36,926 nucleotides of DNA from Octopus bimaculoides (lineage: Eukaryota). The stretch spans positions 51,483,421-51,520,346 of the forward strand of contig NC_068982.1 in NCBI RefSeq assembly GCF_001194135.2, in the 5' to 3' direction. The notes beneath the pieces were generated by a model, which worked only from the letters and a program-made list of their open reading frames with translations, made no database searches and had not been told where the DNA came from. Made by a program: the position numbers and the translations under genes. This document shows, piece after piece, positions 1-11,989 of the stretch (the first letter of the stretch is position 1; each line of letters starts with the position of its first letter).

Positions 1-312
1 AAAGTCAAAACAAAAATTTTCGATACTATGGGCAAGCGAACTCGCCTCCCACAAACAGCGAATACAAAATTTGTTCGTACAACGAACACACAAAAAACTC
101 GCCAAGGAAAGCGAAGATGCCACACCGCTGGACAACAATTTACTAAGAAATAAATAGAAGCAATAAATTGGTGCCCAGCTGAGCAGCAAAAACGACTTAC
201 CCCGGTGAATTCTTCAATTTTTTCTTCTATAGACAGAGCCGAAACTCATGTCTATCTTCGTTCACAGCAAGTAGCCAATCTGGCGCACATGCGCAGTGAG
301 CAAACCGGAAGT
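1..312 (-). promoter_or_regulatory. CpG-rich putative promoter and non-coding first exon (exon ~201-290, donor GGG|GTAAGT at 200-195)
   Basis: 16 CpG in 310 bp against ~9 in the next 1.4 kb. CCAAT at 275-279, NRF1-like GCGCACATGCGCA at 283-295, ETS ACCGGAAGT at 304-312, and a consensus minus-strand donor. Confidence 0.5.
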
Positions 313-347
313 AAGCAAGCTACTTACCACACAGCCACTCCTGTGCC
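311..347 (-). mobile_element. 37-bp 5' head fragment of tRNA-derived SINE family A
   Basis: Reverse complement GGCACAGGAGTGGCTGTGTGGTAAGTAGCTTGCTTAC matches the SINE heads at 7740 and 32025. Confidence 0.8.
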
Positions 348-349
348 AT

Positions 350-1690
350 TTGTACAATTACTTTTTACATAGCAGAATCCATCCAACATGTGACAGCAGC
401 TGTTTGATAGTCCACAAGTTAACGGTGTTCAGACAGTGGATGAGAGCATATAAAATGCGTACATTTTGGACAGGCCCAGTCAATGGTACTTCAATGCCAG
501 TAGAATTAATTTTAACCGGTCAATGCCTTCACCTCCCCAATAGCATGACAAGGTCAGGGATTCTTGGAGATTATCTATGAGCCCTAGCCCAAAAGTCCTC
601 TGGAGTAGACCAGCCAGTTGATTTATCAATGTCCAGAGTTTCCTAGAGAACTTTTAACTACCACTAATCCACACGACCTCCTGCAGTACTTGACAGATAG
701 CGGGCTGTAAGCACTTAATGACATTCCTGATGTCAAGTGTCCTGTTTGACTCACAACTTCAGCTCTGTTGTAGAGATGAGCTGTAGATAAACATATCTGA
801 CAAAAAGTAACCACAGCTGTTAACCGCCAAGAAATCACTGGAGATGTTACAACCCAACCTCAGTGCATATTCATGTATCATCAACTATAACATGCCCAGT
901 CCTCAATGCAGTGAGTGGTGTCAGCAAATAAAGCACCTGAGCAGTGAAACATTTCCCTTCCTTACAAAATGGAAGGCACTCCAGTCTGATCAGATGTTAT
1001 CTGGGGCAAGGCATGATGGTCAGGTGGTAAAAGTCAGAGACACATGTGTTTGCCAACTCTGCCTGACCTTTCAGATACAGCTTCCTTACAGTTCATTTCA
1101 GAGTAAGACTGGTCACTTTGCTCATCAGAGTTCCCCACTTGGAGATTTAGACCAAACCAGACTGAGCAATTTAGTCAGTCCATACATCCAGCAACCTACA
1201 ATGCTGTAGGTCGATGTGGATCTTGCATCTGCAGGTACTGAACTACAGGCCTACTTTTAGTTGGATGGTTTAAGTTGTTGTTCTAAGGGACTGCTTCCCA
1301 GTCCCTTAGAACAAAACCTATTACTTCAGTATACTTGATAACCAATACTATGTTATTCGCATATGCCAATGCAGACTTACTGTATCCTACTTTATGTGGG
1401 ATGCCCCTCAATGTCTCTAGTTTCCATATTAGTGATTAAAGAGTCAGTACATACAGAAGAGACAAGAGGACAACTCTGAAGAACTGAGCACATGATACTG
1501 AATGGTTCCAATAGAATGTTGTTCACCCTATCCACTGAGTAGATGTTCCTGTACATTGTGGTGATCCAGTCTCTGGAGACAGGACTGAAACTGACAACTA
1601 TGAGGATAGTCATCAAGTTTTGATTGTTGACTCCATTGAGAAATTTTGGTTGACCCAAGTTCTAAATTGATCATGGACGATGATAACACT
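350..1690 (-). mobile_element. Decayed Tx1/L1-clade LINE ORF2 (RT to C-terminal CCHC)
   Basis: Minus-strand remnants: NLGQPKFLNGVNNQNL (~NLDQSKAFDRVDH), VNNILLEPFSIMCSVLQSCPL (~VNG..SEPF...SVRQGCPL), LAYANNIVLV (~AYADD), KLL/VWFGLNLQV, and CPKC..YALIHC. Many stops and frameshifts. Confidence 0.75.
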
Positions 1691-1751
1691 ATATTCAAAA
1701 ACCACAAGAGATCATTTCCAGATAGATATATTAATATTACTTGACAATATA

Positions 1752-1970
1752 AGGTAGTGAGCTGGCAGAATCAGTAGCATGCTGGGCAAAATGCTAAGCA
1801 GCATTTCATCCATCATTTCATTCCGAGTTCAAATTCCTCTGAGGACTTTGCCTTTCATCCTTTCAGGCTCGATAAAATGAATACCAGTTGAGCACTAAGG
1901 GCAATGTAATCAACTTGCACTCTCCCTTAATATCGTTGGCCCTGTGAAGAAATTTGAAACCAATATTACT
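1752..1970 (+). mobile_element. tRNA-derived SINE family C
   Basis: GTGAGCTGGCAGAATC...GAGTTCAAATTC...CTTTCATCCTTTC...GTCGATAAA; homologous to 32534-32750. Confidence 0.8.
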
Positions 1971-2710
1971 TGAAAATAGATCTCTAACAGAACTAGAAAA
2001 ATTAATCCAAATGTATAAATCTGGAAAAAGAGGTATCCAGTACAGTAAAACTAAAAATCGTCCCATAATAATGATTTCCAATAACGACACACAAGGCTAT
2101 GGTTGATTAATTTAACTCTAGTACTAGAATGCGACAAGATTTATAGGTACCAAAAGATGAAAGCTATTTGACTTTGGCAAGACTTATAATCAGAAAAGTA
2201 AATGCAATTTGACACAACTCATTACATCTATCATCCACTACCATAACTATCATCATCATAACACGAAAACTAAGTAACACTAAAACTCTTAATACACAAA
2301 AACAGCACTATAAGATACTACACGTTACAGGCAATAAATAAACACATTGTGCAAAAACCAAAGCACTTTGTTTTGTAATGCAAGCATGCATTAGTAAACC
2401 CTTTATTGGTTGGATAATCTAGTCATTTCCTCAAGTCACTTCTTTCTGTCCTTATTGAATCCTAATCCATTTATTTCTCACCTTTCACCAGATATTTGTC
2501 ATTTGGGTCCATGTATCACTTCTAGTCAACTTGACACTTAGGAAACAATTTCTCACTGAGACTTCACTGTCTTCACTTGAAATATTACAAATAATAGGAT
2601 TCCTCTAATATATAAAAATCAACTGGTAGAATAAACATGACTGCATCTTCATATGTTGTTGAACAGAAGTTATTCCAAGAAGTTCAGTACAAAAGCTTAC
2701 AAAGCTTGGA

Positions 2711-2897
2711 TGGTAGATGTGAGAAGCCAGACAGGATATTTTGGCCAGATATGGCCAGTTTAAATGCTAAAGGGTTAAGGGCCACATTGAAAAGCATTGA
2801 GATGGAAACTACAGTATAACAGGCAGTAGCAAGTCATGGTACACTGAATAAGCAGGGTATAAGAATTATGGAGGTGTCAAATGTGAACAAAGTTAAA
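2711..2897 (+). repeat. Diverged direct repeat of 6637-6833 (MITE right end plus unique-looking flank)
   Basis: Shared TGGTAGA.GTGAGAAGCCAGA, GATATGGCCAGTTTAA.TGCTAAAGGGTTAA and an identical 29-mer CAAGTCATGGTACACTGAATAAGCAGGGT (2830 and 6768). Confidence 0.75.
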
Positions 2898-3584
2898 CAC
2901 ACATGATGGCCTTTTAAAACTTTTATGTCCACCATCATAGAAGAGTAGTTATTTCTTAACCAAATATTTAGCTATTTGTCTTAATGTACATTTTAAGGGT
3001 TCTGTTTTGTTGGGGGTTTTTTTTAACATTTTATTTTGCAAGAAATACCTTAAAAAGAATGCATAAACAAACTAGTCAAAATAAATAAGAACTATAAATA
3101 CAAACACTATATTTGTAGAGTGCTCACATTCCAATAGTTTTAAGCATATAGCCAAGAGTCAATTGAAGTAGTACACCCTGGTTTTAGAACCCGTTATTTT
3201 CAAGATTTACATAACCTTTCCCTTTTGTGTTTACCATCCATGTGACCTTAATACAACTAGCCATGTTTTACAGTCCTTATTGTTTATGATATTGGACCAT
3301 GGATTACATAAGCTGGTGTGCAATGTCTAATTCAAATGGAACAAGTATATGCCCTTACTGTCTCTTGACTTTCACTCAAGAGAGCAATACTGTTCCTAAT
3401 GTTGCACAATCTAAGACAGTAAATGCATGTTAGAAAAATAAGACCGAAAGACTATTTAATATTGGGAAACAACTTCTAACTAGAAATTACAATAACTTTG
3501 ATCACTGCCATAGTGATCAGCATTAAGAAAAGATTCAATCATAGCAATATAGAAAACACTGCATTTCACCAAATACAGTCAATA

Positions 3585-4880
3585 CACTGCAAACCGAGAT
3601 AATAGTCCATGGTGATTTTTTTAGATTTTCTAAATAACTACCCAAGGGATTTTGAAGAAAATTTACATGAGAGTACATTACACTATTTTTGGTTTGTATA
3701 CAAAATTTAGTATTTGCAGTTTTTTTTAGCTTTTGTAGTAATCAACAATTTTCGTTTTTCAGGTGAACAGAATTAATAGTCCTAATATTGATTTCAAAAG
3801 ATGGGGCGTGGAAAAGATCTTACAGAGTATGAGAGGGACCAGATTATAAGAGAAATATGCAAAGGTAAGTCTGCAGATGAAATGGCCAAGAAACTAGGTT
3901 GTTATGTGAAAACAATTCACAGATATTTAAAAAATCCCAAGTATTGGAATGAACGCAGTCACAGCGCGAGACATTTCCCATCTCAAGCGATGCTTACTTA
4001 AAAATCCTGGATGTACTAGTAAAGCTTTACTTGCAGACACTGGCATTGAAAATATCACCAAAACAACCAGAAATAAAGTAATTGGTATCTTTGCAAAAGA
4101 GAAGAAACCTGTGTGCAAGCCTCCATTGACTCCCCAACACAAAAAAGCTCAGTTAGAATGGGGTAGAATGTATAGGATGACTGATGTCAAGCATATTTTG
4201 TTCACTGACGAGTGCCGAGCCAAGCTACATGGGCCTGATGATTGGGCTATGGGATGGATGTTTTATGACAACCCCGCTCACATGCATTTACATCATCAGC
4301 AAGGGGGTGGAGGAGTCATGTTTTGGGCTGGAATCATGGGAGTGCCAGAAGGTGTGAAGATTAATGCTATCACATACTGTAACTTTATTAGAGATGTCCT
4401 TGTCCTAACTAACTGGCTGGATGAGCTCCCATTATCTGAGCTTAGCAAGGTTATTTTTATACACGATAAGGCCCCACCACATGCTGCTAAGAAAACCAAA
4501 GAGGTCCTCTCCTCATTGGGATTCAAAGGAGAAACTTTAATGTAGTGGCCAACCTGTTCTCCAGATTTGAATCGAATCGAAAACCTCTGGAGCATCGTCA
4601 AGTAAGGAAACACTTTGGAAGGCAATACAAGACTCTACTACCAAAACACTAACTGAATCCACTAACCACATTTTTGAGGTCATCAAACAAAATGGTTCAT
4701 ACACCAAACACTAATCATAGAGTCAAAGCTTCAGTGAATATGTTATTTATGTATTTTGTTGCTCAATGGTCCATTTGTGTCATATGAGTTATTTAAAATA
4801 ATTGTTCTTGAAATAGTTGGTATTTCTATCCTTATAAGTGATCAAAACAGTACGTGCTTATAACAGGACTATTATCGCAG
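3585..4880 (+). mobile_element. Tc1-like DD37E (TRT-type) transposon with disrupted transposase (~3801-4600)
   Basis: MGRGKDLT start, FTDECRAKLHGPDDW, QQGGGGVMFWAGIMG, FIHDKAPPH..37 aa..SPDLNRIENLW. One frameshift and one stop. Termini GATAATAGTCC (3598-3608) and GGACTATTATCGCAG-TA (4866-4882). Confidence 0.85.
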
Positions 4881-5524
4881 TAGACCTGAAAAACAAGTAT
4901 GCTAAATAATATGAAAACTAAGGCAGCTACATATGATAAATTTTGTATACAAACCAAAAACAGTGTACTGTGTTATCATGTAAATTTTCTTCAAAATCCC
5001 TCAGGACTTTATTTAGAAAGTCTAAAACCTCATGGACTATTATCTCGGTTCGCAGTGTATATCTACAAAGCTATCAAAAGACATGATTACAATGCACAAA
5101 GTAGTAATAGACTAAAATATGTGTACTTTATGAACAGCATCACTCTCCAAATTCTTATTCCATTCCTACCTGCTGCTTACTCTTAGCAGTGGTAATAGAA
5201 ATGGAGAGATAATGTCATATAGAATAAAGAAGTCATGGGACAGTATGCATACAAAAGGGAATGGAGAGGTTTTATGCACAAAAAGAAAAAAAAAACATAC
5301 AGAAACTACATATGTAGTTTTTTGTGGTTCTTTTTTTCCTGGTGCTTTTAAAGATAGGTATATACATTTAGCAAAGAAATAAATAGTGTAATTAATAAAG
5401 AAAGAGGGTAAATGGAAGAATTAAGCAACTAATATTCAACATATCTGAACATTGTTAAAGGTACACAAATTAGCAGAAGAATATGTTTCTTCAAGGAATA
5501 AACTAAAAACATAAACCTGGCAGT

Positions 5525-5825
5525 TTGCTGCGCTTGAAAAGACACATCAAGCTAAGTAAAAGCGTGGTTGCCCTTGCATACAGGCTCATCTCTTGCAGCC
5601 CGCTTCAGCTGAGAATCCCTAATCTCACGGGCTTGTAAGTGCTGGTGCCATGTAAAAAGCACCCATTTCACTCTGTAAAGTGGTTGGCATTAGGAAGGGC
5701 ATCCAGCTATACAAACCACACCAAAACAATCATGGAGCCTGAACAGCCCTTCAGCTGGTCAGCTTCTATCGAACTATCTGACCCATTCCAACCCAGAAAA
5801 CATATGTTAAATGATGATGATGATA
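5525..5825 (+). mobile_element. RTE-LINE 3' tail fragment (family B) ending in (GAT)n
   Basis: GGTGCCATGTAAAAAGCACCC...TTAGGAAGGGCATCCAGCT...ATGATGATGAT; same motifs as 13416-13762. Confidence 0.7.
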
Positions 5826-6524
5826 AAGGATAAGAATATCATAATGGTAATAAAGAGTTTCAAGGTACAAATGAGCAGAAATGAGTCTCTACCAATCAAT
5901 GATGTCCAGTTACAAGGCATGGGCAAGTTTGATTAAGTGAGGTCTCCCACTTTTCTCACTCACAAAAATCAAGAATGAAACTGAGAGGGGTATTAACTAG
6001 TATGTGTTACTTTCATATGATTAACACCCAGCCTATTTTCCTGGGAGGTAAAGCTCTGAAGTGTGATCCATATTTTTTAAGCACTGCTATTCTCACTTCT
6101 CTATGAAGTGAGGATCTTTATCATTTAGCAGCATGTGGCATATACTGTTTAGAAGAATATTGTAGGCTTATCATATTGGTTAAGTGCAGGTCTGATCCCC
6201 AAACACACTAGTCTATGAAGCTACAGAACTCAAAACTGCTTAGATCCAGTTTTTTCCATACCTGTTGGCATTCACCAGATGCATTTTATCCAACTTCCTA
6301 CACAATTTAACAGCACTGTGTTAAACAGTAAGTGGTAGCAGCTGCAAGTCATTAAAGCAGACCTCACACTGACCACCATGCCAACTGGCTATGGCCTTTT
6401 CTGATCACTATTACAACTACTTTCAAATTGTGCTTAATATAGTCATCAACAAATGACAGTGGATGTTTGGGACTTAGGTTCAACTGAAAGCAAATATTGA
6501 TGTAACTCAAAAGTAATGTTTTAA

Positions 6525-6726
6525 CCCTGTCAAATGTAATCCTTATTTATCCACATTGCTCTGAATTAATCATGCATTATTTCAAAGCTTCGAGATTTCA
6601 AAATATGTGCTTATTTACCTTTAGAATGGCATTGTATGGTAGACGTGAGAAGCCAGATCTGGCCAGTTTGAACATAAAACAGACAGGATATTTTGGATAG
6701 ATATGGCCAGTTTAATTGCTAAAGGG
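6525..6726. mobile_element. piggyBac-type MITE with TTAA target duplication
   Basis: TTAA|CCCT... at 6521 and ...AGGG|TTAA at 6730; related right ends at ~2735-2778 and ~27560-27625. Confidence 0.55.
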
Positions 6727-6842
6727 TTAACGGCCACATTGAGAAACAACAGCCTAACAGGAGATAACAAGTCATGGTACACTGAATAAGCAGGGTGTAA
6801 GACTATGAAGGTGTCAAATGTGAATAAATTTAATATATGTAA

Positions 6843-7006
6843 AGGCACAGGAGTAGCTTTGTAGTAAAAAGTATGCTTCCCAACAACATGGTCTTGGGTT
6901 CAGTCCCACCATGTGGCACCTTGAGCAAATAGCTTCTACTATAGCTCCAGACTGACCAAAGCCTTGTGAGTGAAATTGATAGACAGAAACTGAAAGAAAC
7001 TCTGCA

Positions 7007-7037
<31 letters not shown>

Positions 7038-7272
7038 GTCTCCTTGCAAAGCAGCACATGATAATTGTGAACAAATGTCAGTGTCATGCATGCAGCATTC
7101 TTTGTCCCCTATCTTCTGTGAAAAACACATCCAGTCAATGGGGAAACAGTACCTTACTTGAAAACAGGTGAAATGTTGGCAACGGGAAGAGCATCCAGCT
7201 GCAGCAAATCTACCCCAACAAATTCCATTCAACCCATGCAAGTATGATAAAGTGAATATTAAAACAATGATT
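6843..7272 (+). mobile_element. SINE with family-A head/core, (TG)n, and RTE-like tail
   Basis: Head GGCACAGGAGTAGC..GGGTTCAGTCCC, core CCAAAGCCTTGTGAGTG, tail GGAAGAGCATCCAGCTG..AACCCATGCAAG. Confidence 0.7.
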
Positions 7273-7739
7273 GTGAACAAGCCTAAAAATGAATATGGTA
7301 TTAAAAAAGTGGATTGTTTGCAAGAAGTTGAATTAGAATAACATTGTGTATTCAGAGTAAACAGTGAGTACATCATAAATACAATAGGATATATAATAGG
7401 CTGAGAAGGAACAAGAATTTTATGTGCAACAGTTAGAATGATGTAGCAAACTGAATAGGCAGTCATTAGTAGAACACCAAGGCCTATTCAGTTGGCTTGT
7501 TGATAATAATATGTAAGTTCTCTTATCTATGTGATATAGTTAGTGATGGTTAACAGCTATTGACAGCATTATGTGAAGCTTGGAGGAACAATGGTTGAGA
7601 GGTTCAGGTACTAGATTACTAACTGCATGATCATAAGTTCAGAATTGACACCTGTCAAGTTGTGCTTCTGAACAAAATACAGACTGCATTTCTACATTAC
7701 AACTGAAGAGTTAGCAATACATTACATTACAACTGAAAA

Positions 7740-8146
7740 GGCGCAGGAGTGGCTGTGTGGTAAGTAGCTTGCTTACCAACCACATGGTTCTGGGTTCAGT
7801 GCCACTGCGTGGCATCTTGGGCAAGTGTCTTCTACTATAGCCTCGGGCCAACCAAAGCCTTGTGAGTGGATTTGGTAGATGGAAACTGAAAGAAGCCTGT
7901 TATATATATGTATATATATATATATACATATATGTGTGTGTGTATGTTTGTGTGTCTGTGTTTGTCCCCCCAACATCACTTGACAACCGATGATGTGCTT
8001 ACGTCCCCGTAACTTAGCGGTTTGGCAAAAGAGACCAATAGAATAAGTACTAGGCTTACAAAGAATAAATCCTGGGGTCGATTTGCTCAACTAAAGGCGG
8101 TGCTCCAGCATGGCCACAGTCAAATGATTGAAACAAGTAAAAGAGT
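7740..8146 (+). mobile_element. Full-length tRNA-derived SINE family A with internal (TA)n(TG)n
   Basis: A/B-box-like head; colinear with copies at 23035 and 32025. Confidence 0.9.
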
Positions 8147-8179
8147 AATAGGAAAAAAAAAATCTAAGTGTAAAAACAA

Positions 8180-8470
8180 TTGGCGCTGTATGCACGGCTT
8201 TGTTGTTAAAACCATGCCTACAAAACTACAGGGATTCAGGCTTGGCCCCACTGAGTGGCACCTTAAGCAAAATATCTTCTACTATAGCTCTGGATTGACT
8301 AATGCCCTCTTGGTGAAATTTGGTGGATGGAAACTATATGAAGCCTTTGTGTGTGTGTATGTTTATATTTATACCCTATAACTTAATGATTCAATAAAAT
8401 CCACTAAACCCTTAAAAGAAGTGCTCCAACCTGGCTGCAGTCCAAAGAGTGAAACCAGACAAAGTATAGA
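8180..8470 (+). mobile_element. Degenerate SINE family A
   Basis: GTGGCACCTT..CTTCTACTATAGC..TGGATGGAAACT..GTGCTCCA motifs. Confidence 0.55.
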
Positions 8471-9963
8471 TAAACCACTCTACCAAGACAAGTATACATG
8501 GCTTTACATAGAAAAGTACTAAAGAATGACAATGGTCTAAGGTTGGAGAGAAAAAAGACCTGTTTACTCTGTTGATAACAACAGGGCTCTATTAAAATAG
8601 AGCAGACAATATGAAGCATATTTAAAAAATATGATGCTGCATGGCAATAAAAAATGAGCAGATGTCGAGAATCTGCAGTGAGCAGAGAAAAATAAGTTTA
8701 GCATGACATGGAATATGCAATAATGGTTGATACTTAACATCAGTTTTGAGACAATGTCTTCCTACATCCTGTCAGACATTACTGGCTAAATGAATTGCAT
8801 CTAACTTCCTGCTAGTTTTGCTCCTTACTACTCTTTCTTGTACTCGTAACAAACCTGTTGCTTACCTCTGTATCCCTAACTATTTCTACAACTCCACTAC
8901 CATGTTGTCTGCTATTTGCTGATATGGTCAAAAGTTTTTTTTGTATAGTCTCTGCTGCCCTCAATATTAGAATTTACTTTGGCTCTAATTGAAAATTATT
9001 CCTAAGAAAGGGATCTTTTAATTTTCATACCTTCCTTCTAAATATAATTTTGCTTGCTTACTTCTTTTTTTTTTTTAACCTAAAATTGCCAATCTCTAAC
9101 CTGTTTGAAAATAATATGGATATTTAATTTGTCAGGCTGATAACAAAAATGCAAATAAATTGTAAATCTGAAGTCAAAACATAACACCAAAAACTTTGCT
9201 TGCAGTACAATAGTTAAGTGACACTTTTCACTATATAGCTTAATGGTTATAATTATTCAGAGCATAATTAGAATTATAAGGCATCACCCACACTTCCAAT
9301 TCATTAGTGGGTGTATACAAAATAACTGCTACCGATATGGATAGGTAATATGAAGAATTGAACACTAGGTAAAAAAAGAAAGCTATGAATTGGTGATGGA
9401 AGGCCTCCAATAGAATTAGATCAAAGTCCTAGTAGATCAGAAACAAGTACATTGAACCTCACACAGTGACATAAGATGCAGACAGATGGTATCTTACAAA
9501 TGTTTCTGCCCAGCATGGGAAAACAGACAATGACTTTTTCTTTGTTATTTAGTTCAAGAAGAACTATTACAAATTCTCTTAAACTGATTACCATTACGTA
9601 GTTGATGTTGATGCTCAGTTTGAATTTTTGCAGTCTATGTCTGTAAGGAATATGAGATCAAAGCAGGTTGTATTTTTGAGAAGAAACAACTGGATGAATT
9701 ATAAGTGCAAGATTTGGAGAGGACAATGACAAAGATGGTGCATAAGTTCAGAAGAGAAGGAAGAAATGCAGTTGTAATAGAGATGAGAAAGATGTAGTAC
9801 GTCAGTGGTGTACTGCTTGTAGCTGAATTGCTACCATGAAAAATTGAAAGGCTTAGCATTTGTAGCATGACTGAGGTTTTAGTAGTAGTGATATTGACGA
9901 TGATGAACCTAACATGACAAAAATTAAACAGGAATTAACATTCTCAAAAGATTAAATCTGCTA

Positions 9964-10590
9964 ATATACAAAACAAAGCACAATGTCCAGAAATGAAGAC
10001 TTGTAACTTCAGCTGCAGTTCACTTCAATTGTAACATGTGATACAGTACTGGAATTCCAACCAGCTTTGATGTTTATACAAACACATCAAAATTCATTGN
10101 NNNNNNNNNNNNNNNNNNNNNNNNNNNNNNNNNNNNNNNNNNNNNNNNNNNNNNNNNNNNNNNNNNNNNNNNNNNNNNNNNNNNNNNNNNNNNNNNNNNN
10201 NNNNNNNNNNNNNNNNNNNNNNNNNNNNNNNNNNNNNNNNNNNNNNNNNNNNNNNNNNNNNNNNNNNNNNNNNNNNNNNNNNNNNNNNNNNNNNNNNNNN
10301 NNNNNNNNNNNNNNNNNNNNNNNNNNNNNNNNNNNNNNNNNNNNNNNNNNNNNNNNNNNNNNNNNNNNNNNNNNNNNNNNNNNNNNNNNNNNNNNNNNNN
10401 NNNNNNNNNNNNNNNNNNNNNNNNNNNNNNNNNNNNNNNNNNNNNNNNNNNNNNATATACAAAACAAAGCACAATGTCCAGAAATGAAGACTTGTAACTT
10501 CAGCTGCAGTTCACTTCAATTGTAACATGTGATACAGTACTGGAATTCCAACCAGCTTTGATGTTTATACAAACACATCAAAATTCATTG
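9964..10590. other. Assembly gap (10100-10454) with an identical 136-bp sequence on both sides
   Basis: 9964-10099 equals 10455-10590, typical of unmerged contig ends. Confidence 0.85.
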
Positions 10591-10824
10591 TGATAACTCA
10601 TAGAATCAATCACATATTTCAATATAACTAGTACTTATTTTATTGAGCTGTGAAGTGAGAAACTAAAGTGTAATCTGGCAGCATTTATTTTAAGATGTAA
10701 ACAAAATGACTACTTTTTTAAAAAACAAAAATTCATCAAGTGCAAGACAGCAATTGTGACATTTGTCCATCAGCTTAGATTGGTGAAATCAACGTGACTG
10801 AAGTTCAGCTTAAATAATCCCTTT

Positions 10825-11060
10825 TAGACTGTCATGATCATCTCATGGGCATGGGTTAGACAGTTTGACTGAAACTGGTAAGCTGGAAGGCTGCACCAAG
10901 TCCCGGTCTGATTTGGTATGGTTTCTACAGCTGGATGCCCTTCCTAATGCCAACCACTCCAAAGAGTATAATGGGTGCTTTTTACGTGCCACCAGCACGA
11001 GTGCCAGTTACATGACACCAGCATTTGCTATGACTATGATTTCATTTGGCTTGATGAATC
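10825..11060 (-). mobile_element. RTE 3' tail fragment (family B), minus orientation
   Basis: AGCTGGATGCCCTTCCTAATGCCAACCACT..GGGTGCTTTTTACGTGCCACC is the reverse complement of the family B core. Confidence 0.75.
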
Positions 11061-11989
11061 TTTTCAAGCACAGCATATCACAGAAGGTCTTGTTTCATAA
11101 AAGAATATACAAACTTTCTGATGCTGAATCTTTTTCTCCATTGTGATTAATTTCAACATGAAAACATGAAAACAAAGCACTTGGTATCAAGTAAAAGAGA
11201 AAAATGAGTTCACCACATTCACAACAGCCTAGATGGTGTGACTTAAATCTGAATTATGCCTGCAGCACGAGAACTCAGGTTCTGACAATAAAGGCAAAAC
11301 AAAACAGTAACAAAATGTTATGTTGAAAATCTTGTCGTCATGTCTTTATCGAGCAGTCCTGTGGTATACAGATAGTTGACTGAATGAGACAGAACTCAAG
11401 ATCCATCTTTCAAGTCATACTGTCTCCCCATCTTTCTGAGGAACCATACAACACACTCCAACATGCAATGTTGATTTGTAAGGAGTGCAGTGTGATAGCA
11501 TGAATATATTGCACTCTTTCCACTGTTCAGTGCGTCTCTGTACACGAGCAGATTCTGATGAAGGTCATAGTGAAGATGAGCTTCAATTAGTGGAGGACAG
11601 ATCCTCTGCACATATTGTTAGCAGTGTGCATTACAGTACAGTCTGTGAGGCTACTGAAGCTATTGATGTTGCAGCTATTTTAGTGTAATGTGTTCTTTAA
11701 GTTTATCTTATCTGAGGTACAGTCTTTAGGATGTTACAGAAGTGCTCTAGAGTGTTGTGTATGGATGTTTGAAGGTGGTTTTTCATGTAATGAGAGGGAC
11801 TGGAGGTTGAAGTTTGTTGCAATGACAAACAGTGTTTTTCATTTTTGTTTTAATATGTAGGAAGTTTGTATACAATTTGCTATAATGCACAGTGCACCAT
11901 TTTGAGGTTTTCATAGAGATCGAGGTCTCAGGCAGGATTAGCACAGTCCATGTTCGATCTAATATATTATTTGTACACCACTTTTTTAA

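Noticed and set aside
296-580. GPVNGT resembling a gypsy integrase motif
   Set aside because: The region is explained by the antisense Tx1 LINE.
1863-2090. ORF containing FLHRANDIKGECK, resembling the CID motif FLYLANDVIQNCK (possible RPRD exon 2)
   Set aside because: The codons lie in the antisense tail of SINE C, there are no suitable splice sites, and the flanks do not match.
7740-7815. tRNA-like heads (also 29442, 32025)
   Set aside because: They continue into SINE bodies and have no complete cloverleaf.
9964-10590. 136-bp direct repeat; also a 15-bp repeat around the 22423 gap
   Set aside because: Identical copies abut N gaps, which indicates unmerged contig overlap.
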